DNA from: Schmidtea polychroa
Taxonomy: Eukaryota
Direction: 5' to 3'
DNA length: 64,000 nt
Assembly (NCBI GenBank): GCA_044892525.1
Contig: CM097886.1
Coordinates: 22,010,001 to 22,074,000 of the forward strand
The number at the start of each line of letters is the position of its first letter. Positions within the stretch are counted from its first letter, which is position 1. The position numbers were made by a program, and so were the translations under genes. A model generated the notes under the pieces. The model ran no database searches, was not told the origin of the DNA, and saw only the letters and a list, made by a program, of their open reading frames with translations. Shown here piece by piece: positions 13,101-25,100 of this stretch.

Positions 13101-16100
13101 TGATTAACCTGTAATGGTGTTATCAATGTAAATATCAAATAAAACTGTTTCCTACAATTTTCGTTTCTCCGGATTTCATTATCTCATTTTGATCTGTGAT
13201 ACAGTAATTTGTAGTTTTTGTTGTAGTTGTATGGATTGGAGTTGTGCTGCATTCATCCTCATCTTCTCCATCTCGACATTCTACTATTCCGTTGCATCGA
13301 CGAGCACAAAAATTATTTGGACACAAAAATTCGTATTCATTAACACAATGTGCTAGATAAGATTTGTTCAGTGCTAGAAAATAAAGTTATAATTTACGTG
13401 GCTTTGTCGATATTTCTGGTCTTGATGTGTGAAGACATTCTTTTGAAAAAAGTTTGGTGCATGTAAATGCTCCTTCGTAACAATTGCTAAAAATATTTTT
13501 CAATTTTTAACATTTACATTAAATATATCAAAGAATTTTATCCAAACCTTTGTTAATAGGAATATATTAAATAAAAAGTCATTACATATTAGTAGATTCT
13601 GTCTCTAACTGATTATGAAAATACTGACAAGAAAAATAAAAGATGAAATTTGGAAAATCCAGAGATTGTGACAATTGCATAAAAATAAAAGTTAAATGCA
13701 TGAGTGTGCCAAGAAATCATAAAACGTAGTTTAACAAAATTCAGAAAAATTAATTGAAAATCAATATTTCTAGGGAAACATGCATAAGCAGTTTTCAAAT
13801 GAAAAGTTAAACACGAATAGAGAGTATCTTTTTAAATACAAATTAATTAATTGAAATTTTAATGAGATCGTAAATCATATCAATTAGAAAAACAAAATCC
13901 CCGAGCTTGACACATATATAAACCATATTACAACCATAGAACCCCAAAAATCAATATAAAGTGATATTTTACCATAATCTATAGATGTTAAAGACGATAA
14001 AGTTGAAATTAAAACAAAAGATTAAAAAACGTCTGAGCACTTTTTTGGCAACGTAAAAATCAATAGATTACTTAGTTGCAGTGTAGGTGCAATAAATTTA
14101 TTAAAGAAATGCAAATCAAGCTAATGACGAACATTTAATTGTAACTTTAACAACGCTACATAACAGTTTTAAAGTTTCAGTAACAACAATTATAACAAAA
14201 TATCACTAGTTTTAAGCTGTAATTAAAATGACATTGAAAATTTACTCATTTAATGTTGTTATCAGCAGTTTATTTTCATTTAGTTTGGATTCTCAATCTT
14301 TTCCTTTAAGTCAGATGTGCACAAAGTGCACAAAAAAACTTCATAATTTTGACCTCATATAAATTATTCATTCAGTTTGTTTTATTCAGTGGTGGGTACT
14401 TCCGTGTTATCTTACCCCCAAAAATTAAATTATAAAATACAATTAAATAACAATATAAAAAATGAAAGAATACATTATTGATGACGTTATTGAACATTAT
14501 TGAACATGAATTTATTAAGGCTCTCTGTGATTTATGTGATTATGTGATTATGTGAGTTTATGTGGCGCAAACGTGTTCTAAGCAACAGTGCCGATGTGTT
14601 CGACACTATTCTCCACGACATCGTGGTTTTCTGGCCACCTGGATGACCATTTACAAACTCTTTACAAACATTTGCTGAGTTTGTAACTGTGATTTAGAAA
14701 ATAAATACAGTAATTATGTGTTCTGTTTTAATTTAATTTTTGGGAGTAATATAACACGGAAGTACCCAGTGGTGAAGTGCCTATTTTAACTGTTGATTTT
14801 AGAAAAAATATTTCCTGTTAAAATAAATTTTTGTAAACAAAAAAGCAAAAAGTTCCTGTTAAAATAAATAAAACAATAAAGTGATAATTTAAACCTTTTG
14901 CTGCGAGTAATGTATTTAATGAAAAAATTTTCGACTATAAAAATAATTCGTTATTGGGTGAAAAAATTAGCCGAATTGTGCAAGTTAACTTTATATTTCA
15001 CTTTGTTTTCGTATCAATAGGTGATAATTGTGAGTTGTTTATATTATTTCAAATTTTGAATTGAATTTAGTAATTTTTTTAATTTTTCTATGGTTCGAGA
15101 AATGGTAGTGCCAATGAAAAGAAAACTGGAGTCCAAAAATATGAAATTCAATAATTCCTGGTCAAAAAAATATTTTGTTATTGAGCAAAATAATTCTGTT
15201 ATATGTTTACTTTGTCAAAAAAATATCGCTTCTATGAAAGAATTTAATATTACCATGAGTATCATAAATTTGAGGTTAAAACTCGATTGGAAAAACTTGA
15301 TTTAATGAAACAAGGTTTGGTCTCACAACAAAGTATTTTCAGAAAAATAAACCAAGATGCTGAGGTGTCTCTGAAGACTAGCTATAATCCTGGTATTTTG
15401 ATGGCGAAATCTTCTCGTCAATTTACTGAAGGTGAATTTATGAAAGAATGTTTAATAATTGCACCCTGGTGTTACCAAAAAGTTTGAAAATTTCTCACTG
15501 AACAGAATAACAGTACAAAAACGAGTTTTTGAACTTGCGGAAGATATTCTTCGCAATTAAAAGAGCAATCACAAATATTTTTGTATTTTCCCCTTTCTGA
15601 TATTTCATCAATAGCACAATTGATTTTTTAGGGTTATAACTGATAATTTTGAAGTTAGCGAGGAAATGCTGGCCGTAAAATCGATGAAGGGACAATTAAC
15701 AGGTGAAGACTTTAGGATTAATTTATTGGAAGCCTGAAAGGATGCCAATTTAAATTTAGAAAAGTTAGCTGAAATTACTACCGACGGTACACCGACTATG
15801 ATTGGTGTTAATAATGGTATGGTGCCATTGATTGCCAAAGATTTCGGAGAGCGAAATCACAAATTATTACGATTTCATTGCATAATCAACCAACAAAACC
15901 TTTGTGGAAAAGAGACCTTGGAATGGAAGACGTAATGGAAATCGTTATTTCAACTGTTTCATTAAAAAGAGGGCAAATAATCATAGCCAATTTAAACTCT
16001 TTCTTGAGGAGATAGACGCTGAATATCAGGATCTTATCTATTACTGTAAAATACGATGGCTTAGTAAAGGAAATTGTTCTGGATTTATTACCAGAGATAG

Positions 16101-19100
16101 AGATATTTATGACGGATAAAGAGAACATTGTTCCAGAAATTGATGAAAAATGGCTAATTAGCTTTCCTGGTGGACGTCACAACTCATTTAAACTCCTTAG
16201 ATTTGAAGCTTCAAGGAAAAAATCAATTTATATCAGATATGTCTAATCACGCGGAAGCTTTCTAAATTAAATTAAAATTATTCCAAACACAATTTTGAAT
16301 GGTCCATGTTTTCATTTCCCAAATTGTCAAAGTTTTATTAAAAATAAAATATATAGTCGACTTCATGCTACAAAGGTTAGAAAATTAATAGAAATTTTTG
16401 AGAAAAGATTCGAGGATTTTAAAAAAATATAAATTCTATTTTAAAGTATTTTCGAATCCTTTTTCAATTAATCCAGAAGAAGCTAGTCCTCATCTACAAT
16501 TGGAATTTATAGACTTGTAATCCTGCAAAATATTAAAACAAAAATTTAATGACGACGACATAGAAAAATTTTATCAATGTTTGGATAAGGACAAGTAGCC
16601 AAATTTATATGATACGGCGGGACGTTACGCATCTTTGTTTGGTTCAACGTATATATGTGAACAAACCTTCACAATTATGAATATAAATAAAAGCAAGCTA
16701 AGATCTCGTATCACGGCCACAAACCTGGAGGCTATATTAAAGCTGGCTACAACACAATTAGTTCCAAATATTTCTAAAATTATTTTAAAAAAGTAAAATT
16801 TAATGTATATATAAAAATCAATAAAAAATATTTTTTTTGCTTGTGGACCGCAGTAAAATATTTTTATTTTAATTTGGCTCGTCACTTAAAAAACTTGTGC
16901 ACCCCTGCTTAAGGCAGTGATTTGCATGTCATTAAATTTAAAAATATATTCGATGATAAAAAAATTAATTAAAAAAATAGAAATTTTTAATTTTAAATTT
17001 CATCATTGAATATTTTAAATATAAATTTTTGTTGATTTTGACTAACCATTCCTCACATTCTCGAATAACTTTATCTCCCGTATTGTACTTCAAATTGGTG
17101 ATTGGATCAACGCATTCACAAGCTTTTCTTTCTACGCATTCATCTACAATCAGAAATTAATAAAACATGTTTGTATTAAATTATATTACTGTTTTGAAAA
17201 TGAAGTCCATTAGGGCAGAAACATCCTTCTATGCAAACCTTTTTACATCCTGCATTTTCCGTGACATTTTTCCCAATATCGATGCAACTATCGGGACATA
17301 TGTTTCCACAGTTCTTCCATACCCTCTTTCCAGTGCACGTATGGGCTAGATAGTGAATTAGACATTCCATTATAAAATATTATAATTAATTTTACGGCAA
17401 TTTTCATTAGTTCTCCATTCGAGACCGATTTCATACTCATTGCATCTTGCTACGTATTGTTCAACTGCGGTACAGAAACAGACACAGTCATCCCCCCTGT
17501 CGCACTCGCAAGCGTCCGCAACGCATCTTTTGTAATAATGTTCAACATTTACCTATTAAAATTAATGTGTTATGTTATAAAACAGCCAAAGTCTATATAT
17601 AGCTATGAAAAATGTCAGAGAAAATAACAATCATGATTAAATGTATGTGAGTACTCTGTTATTTTCTTAATTATTTAGGCTGAGTGCCAAAAGCCGAAGT
17701 TTCTATAAGATTATACGTGATGATAACCGCTACATCTCAAATAAATTAAGATTTTCTTGACTGTGTTCTAAAAGGTTGACTTAACCAAAATCATTATCAG
17801 CACTTTAAAATTGTCATTATAGCTTAATCTATAAGCCGAAACAAAATACTTCTGATTTAATCCATTACCACCCAATGTACTCACTTTTCTATATTTTTCT
17901 ATAATGATTATCCTGGAATTAATGACCAATTTCAACAATAGATGGCACTAGTAGTGTACGAAAAAATTCAATGTTTCAATTCAATTCAAAAAATCAAATG
18001 TTCTAATTTACCCAATATGTCATAATAAATAACGATTAAAAGAAATTTTTACGTGTAGTTTTCTTTTGGGCGTTAAATGGGTTAAAATAATGCTCCATTC
18101 ATAATAAAAAAAACAATAGATATTCGACATGTAATTTATTTTTATTTGTAAATTAAAATTCATCACTGAAAAAATTATCCTTGACATTCGAAGTTCATTT
18201 TTGTACAATCTTTTATGTTTAGACTAAATATTGTAATGATATAATCAGGAGCCGTCCCCAGGCAACATGGTACCCTAGGCAGTCATATATAAGTGAGTCC
18301 CCATTGTACAGATAGCAAAGTATTGGAAATATGCTTTATTATGCAAGACAGTGTAATTGATTAATATAATTTTAATTTTTTAGTAATATATTAATATTTT
18401 ATTAGTATGAAAACACGTTTATGAAAAACCATACTGCAAAAGATATTAGTTAGATACAACAAAGTCTCTAAATTGTAATAAAAATGACATCATTAGCATA
18501 ATAAAAGTGTAATTTTGTAATTTCACTGCAAGAGGATTGCGATTTCAAACGGGTTTGAGGTGTTAGGAGATTTGTAATAGTTGTCGAAATTTTGAATTAG
18601 CGAGGAACAGTAGACTTAGTTTAGATTAGCTAAATATGAAGTTTTGTAAAAATAATTTTTTGTATTATCATAAGATTATCGCTTTAAAGAACTTGTATTT
18701 TTGTTTCTAAAATTTTGCGACCTAGGTGGCTGCCGATATCGCTTAAGCTAGGAACTTGTTCTGATATGATCCAATATTGGGTAAGCAGTTGACCAAAATA
18801 CTGTAAATATGTTTTAGTAAATCATATTCCCGTGCACTATATATCAAAAATATCGATATATTTACTGATTCATAGTCAAGCTTTTTTAATAAATACATAG
18901 AAAAGAAATAAGTGTTGAAATATGAAAAAAAAGTTCTTATAATGTATATATTTTGGCCGGCCATTGTCAAAATATCCCCTGAAACCTGGTAAATTTTTGA
19001 AGTGGAAGAAGACTTTAATTTTATAGCTTTCAACAGATATTAGCCATCATTTCCATTTTATTAGTCTCAAGCTTTAATTATAACTTTATATGTTAAATGG

Positions 19101-22100
19101 ATAAATACATTAGTATTTTATTACAGAAATATATTGAAATTTATAATTTTGAAATTGTGAAGCTTGGATCCTTTGTTGTAAACAAAGTAAATATAAAAAA
19201 ATCTAACTTACCACATCATGACACTTTTTGAAGCTGCCTGATTTCAGGATTTCACATTTTGCTTTAGCCCATGGTTCTCTATCGGGTCTTTTGGAACACA
19301 TAAACGGTGGTTTCTGAGGTACGGGACAAGACGAATGTACTTTCCAGCTGTCGGCAAAATTTACTATATCCTTTTCAATTTCACCGGATCGAGCTCTTTA
19401 TTGGAATAAGCATCAATTTATAAAGAAATCGCGTTTTAATACCTCATATCATTGTCGATTCTTAAGTCAAAGTTTCCGCAAAGTCCGCAAACTTTATTTT
19501 GATAATTCTCTGGAATCATGATTTCTAGTGACATAGCTTTGTCCCACTTGACTTGAATTCCTTCCTTGGTAAACAAAATGAAATGAGTATCAACATCACT
19601 CGTCCAATAAAATGCTGTTGGTCCTCCTGGAGGATAATTGGTATTTCTTGACACTATTGGATTTGATCCTCGGACAAATTGAAAAACTCGATTCTAAAGA
19701 TGACACAATAAAGGTAATAAACTTAAAATATTTAATCTAACCAAGTAAATAAATTTGATTGATTTCGTACATGAACTACTGCTTGAACCACAGGCAATAT
19801 TTTCTGAAATCAGCTTGAATGTTCCGACCTTACTTCCACAAAAATCTTCAGAAATTACGTAACTACAAGATCCTTGAAATTCAAAGTATTTTCCATCAAA
19901 AGATTCGTAGTGAGTTTCTCCCCAGGTTTTGCAAATTCCTAAATTATTTGAACAATGAAATCATTTAGAAAAGAAGTTTTTTCCAATATTTGTCTTTTAA
20001 CGTTTAGGTAAAGGTCCATGGCAATATTGTAAATGGAGCAAAACCAGCATATAATTTTGCTTCTAGTTATTTGAATGAAACTGAAATTTTTATAATTATT
20101 TTTATAAAAAGCGTAATATCCATTGAACAATCACCGGATCATCTCTGGCCGTGTAAATGTGTCAATGTCTTAGGGCTTCTAAGCTGTGTTTCAGAAAACA
20201 ATGAACCTTTTTTAGTAGCTGTTTTCTTTTTTATTGAAGCAACTTTTAATAACTAAGACAGTAATTTCGAACAGAAATATTGATTTGATGAAAATTGTGT
20301 AATTGTAAGTCTTGTTATCAAATTTTATTTTGAATGCTCTAAAAACCTTTGAAATTAGATGTAGTATATTTATGTGTAAGTTTGGCTTAAATCTTCCACA
20401 CTCTTTGGGTATCCCTGAAGAATCTCAAGTTCCAAAGCATACCCACTACAAGTTATTCTAAAATGAATTGTGATTTCACATCAAATGTGTATCCAAAAAT
20501 TATACATTGACAAAGTGATATCAATGAATCTAATGAATTTTAAACCAATGATGAAAATTACAAAAAATACTGTTACTTTAACATCTGACAAAAAGATATA
20601 TTAGGCCTTTATTTAATTTTTTAAGAGTTTGCTTAAAACGTCTTCAAGGTAAAGGGATCCCAATGTTTGGAGTCGACTGTAATAAAGTTAATTTGAAAAT
20701 TCGAAACTGTATTTGTTTTAAATTTGAATATAACCAATAACAGTTGAAAAAGGCAGTACTGAAATTTTTGTCATAGCGGAAAGAAATATTTGATTTATAA
20801 TCGTAATGAAAATAAATGAAATGTTAAAACAACCGATTAGCAATAAAAAATATTAACAAAATTTTTAATTTAGAAAACAAATCTAATTAATCTATTAATT
20901 CCCGGGAAAAATTATAATTAAATTCATTTTTTTGGATTTATCAATTTGTAAAAAATCTTTCAAAATTAAATTTTAATTGATTTCAAAGTTCTTGGTAATC
21001 TATATTTCTAATTTAATTTTTATGCTAAATAAAGAAATTTTCAAAAAATTTAAGCTCACCACTGCATTGCTTATTTTGCTCACATACCCATTTCCCGTCC
21101 TTGCAAATACTGAAATATTACATAATTGAAATGGAAATCATTACATAATTTTACCATGGGTTTTGACAATTTGCAGGTCCCCTGACTATTGTGTCATTTT
21201 CACTGTACATCTTGTTGTTCATGTAACATGGACATTCGAATGGTTTAATGCATTTTCCATCGTGTAGAACTGTATTTTCAGGACAGAAACATCCAGGAAG
21301 CTGACACTGTCCTTTTGGACACACAAGATCAAGATTTGCACAGGTCTTCTGACATATTCCACAATCAAACCAGGTCATGCTTTTTGGACAGAATTCCTTT
21401 CCTTCACAGTCGTTTGTAGTACATATCCAATTGCCATTTGTGCATGTACAATTATTACAACGGTCTTGTCGGATCTCGTAAGGCAAGTAAAATCGACCAT
21501 GGAATTCACACTTGCAATCTGATATTTTTACACACTCCTTGGAAGCTTCATCAAATGTCTCTCCTTCCGGACAGAAACAACCTTCAATGCATTCTTCTTT
21601 ACATTTTGATTCTTGTAACAATCTGCAAGTCGAGGTACATCTGGAACCACATTGGTTGAACTTCATGTTTTCGTTTGGACACCTTTTCGCTAAATATATT
21701 AATAAATTAATTAATAGACCAATATATAAAATTACGGCATAGTTCATTTGTTCTCCAACTCAGATTGATATTTTCAAGAGCACATTGTCTGGCGTAACTA
21801 GAAAAAGCCTCACATTCACAATGATCAAGAGCCCCATTTCTTTTCATTCCACAACTACACACATCATGAGTACACTGATCAAAAAACTTATCGGCGTTCG
21901 CTGCAGAATGACATTTTTTAAATTCATCACCTAGGAATAGAATCCGTATATTTAATTTCAGGCAATTACAGTGACTAACTTTCGTATAGCTTATGACAAA
22001 CTTTATTTGCGTATTCTGCATAACTTCGACTGAGAGCACAAGCTCCTTTGTATTCAACTATTCCGCGGTCACTTTCACAAGTTGGGTTCGTTTTCCATGA

Positions 22101-25100
22101 TAGAACAAATTTATCAATATCTTTCTCATCTATTCCTTTAAAGGTCATACTATCATCCATTTCGTTTCCATTGAAGTTTCCGCACATTCCAGTGACCTAA
22201 AATCTTATTGTGGAATCAAATCTCAAAGGAATGAGTTTACTTTGTCTCGATATCTTTTACTTAGTTTGATTTCGATTCTCGAACCTCCATTCCAAAGAAC
22301 TTCAACACCGGTTTCTGATTTCAATCTTAAAATGTCAGTAGACACTTGGTCAATAAGGACTTTAGTATTGCCAGTATGCTGATAAGGTAAAGAAATTTTT
22401 GCAAAATTTACTTTGATTTCCGAAGAACTTATCAAACTAATGCGAGAAAAAGATAATTCTTAAATGAGATAATAATCAAAGACCTTACTTTATGGCTACT
22501 TGATCTTCATCCTCACCTATAATTACACCAATTGTTCTTGGGCAACCTGTCTCACTATTGTCTTGACAATTCGTGTTTTGAATCGTTATCGATAAAGGTG
22601 CAATTGTAGAATTTGACAGGAGAACGCTGTCGAAGGTTGTCATGACTGCTGTATATTCGCAATGACCGTCAAAAAAGAAATGTCTTCTATCAAATGTAAT
22701 GTAATGAGGATCTCCTGAAATGAAACATCGGCCTTCGCATTCTGCATTTTCTATACATTTCCATTTCCCGTGCNNNNNNNNNNNNNNNNNNNNNNNNNNN
22801 NNNNNNNNNNNNNNNNNNNNNNNNNNNNNNNNNNNNNNNNNNNNNNNNNNNNNNNNNNNNNNNNNNNNNNNNNNNNNNNNNNNNNNNNNNNNNNNNNNNN
22901 NNNNNNNNNNNNNNNNNNNNNNNNNNNNNNNNNNNNNNNNNNNNNNNNNNNNNNNNNNNNNNNNNNNNNNNNNNNNNNNNNNNNTTGTTTGTTTGTGGGT
23001 TTGTTTGCCGCCTTTCGCTGTTTGCATAGCCTAACTACTGCAGCTAGATAGTTTAATTTTACAAACTACAGACTACAAAGAGATTTTTTCGATACCTCGA
23101 TATAAAGTACAACATTTATTTTATCGTAAATGGTGCAGATTTGACGTTATAAATGCCATATAGTCTTTTTGCTTGCCGATTGTCAATTTTTTTCACGGAC
23201 AACTGTTTTTGAAAACATTTAATTCACTGTCATTAACGTAATCCTATAAATTAAGATAGCTGTGAGATATTGTTACTTTTCATTTTTGTTACATACTTTC
23301 TATTATGGTTTTAACGCCGTAAGTAGATCTAATTATGTTTTAATTACCAATTATTAAAATTACAAAAGTTTATAACCCAAAAATATATAAATTTTCAAGG
23401 CGATTTTACTATAAACAAAAACGAAATTGACTTGGATAGGTGTTATGAAGGAATGAAAGAATGTATTAAAGCAGATATTAAGGTTAACAAGTTTTCTGAA
23501 TTATTTAGTTTTATTAAGGATGGAGATGGGTAAGTACAAGAGGAATACGGAAAAATTAATTTCAATATTTTAACTGACAGAATTGACCCGGAATTTAAGA
23601 ATTTGAGCATTAAAGAATCTTCATTGTTGAATGATAAGGAGATTCTAACCCCTACAAACGACATGGCAGTAATTATGAACAATTCGTTTTAATGAAGTTA
23701 ACATCTGAGGAATGGTAACATATGAATCATTGAAGTCTACCCAGTTGAGTTTTTTTTGAGTTTTTTTTTACTCCAAACTATCTCAAAAATGGGACTTCAA
23801 CAGTATTGGCACGCAAAATTAAACCTCAAAAACGGCAAACTCCTTTTATATTTTATATTGTAACTGTAAATATTATGTTAATTATAAATAGTGTGATAAA
23901 TGAAACTTAGTTATTTATTAACCCTTTCGCCCCTATTGGGACAATACGTCCCAGAAACTTTCATCATGATCCTACTGGGATATTTTGAATGGTCCATAAA
24001 AGCCTATTGGGACTTATTATCCCAGGACTTTCTAGGATATTCAGAAGCGCCACGATTACAAAAATGAGAATATTTCATATTTAGGTCAATATTAACAAGT
24101 TCCAATATATAAATTTAGCATAGTGTCATTAGCGGAAAGTCGGTGCGAAAGGGTTAAAACATTAATTAATTAGAAAAATATAACCGTAGCGAAGCACGGA
24201 ATATGGCTAGTATTTTTTCAAGTGAATATATCTATTTGTACACGAGCTAAAACACGGTTGAGTGTGGTAAGGTGTTTGATTTGATTTATTCATTTGAATT
24301 TTTGCCTAATATTGAATCTGGAAAATCNNNNNNNNNNNNNNNNNNNNNNNNNNNNNNNNNNNNNNNNNNNNNNNNNNNNNNNNNNNNNNNNNNNNNNNNN
24401 NNNNNNNNNNNNNNNNNNNNNNNNNNNNNNNNNNNNNNNNNNNNNNNNNNNNNNNNNNNNNNNNNNNNNNNNNNNNNNNNNNNNNNNNNNNNNNNNNNNN
24501 NNNNNNNNNNNNNNNNNNNNNNNNNNNNNNNNNNNNNNNNNNNNNNNNNNNNNNNNNNNNNNNNNNNNNNNNNNNNNNNNNNNNNNNNNNNNNNNNNNNN
24601 NNNNNNNNNNNNNNNNNNNNNNNNNNTTATTCACTTATATTTTTTAGTTGTGATTAAATAGAACTTAAACAATGACGATTAAATGATTTCAAATTACCAA
24701 GTTTCACAGTTTAACTTTAGTCTATATCCTTGTTGATAAGTACTCTCTCCATTATCTCTAACGCATGGACATTTCTCCTGAGGAACGCACATTGCCCCAT
24801 CCCAATATCGGTCTATATATTTTATAAATTATTATTTTGTTAGGTTCATTAAATGAATTACTTCTTGGACAGTAACATCCTGGCAAGCATTGACTTTCAC
24901 ATTCCAATTCCATGCCTAATTGTCCGCAGTTCTTTCCGCAATTAGATCCGCATTCAGAGAATTCTTGCCCATTGAAACATTGTGGCGGCTCTATTGAAAT
25001 ATTAACGTTGATGCACTATTTACAATCAAGAAATAACTCACTGCATATTGTGGTGGCTGATCTCCAGTCAACTGCAATGCCTTTAAGAGTGCATGCATAT

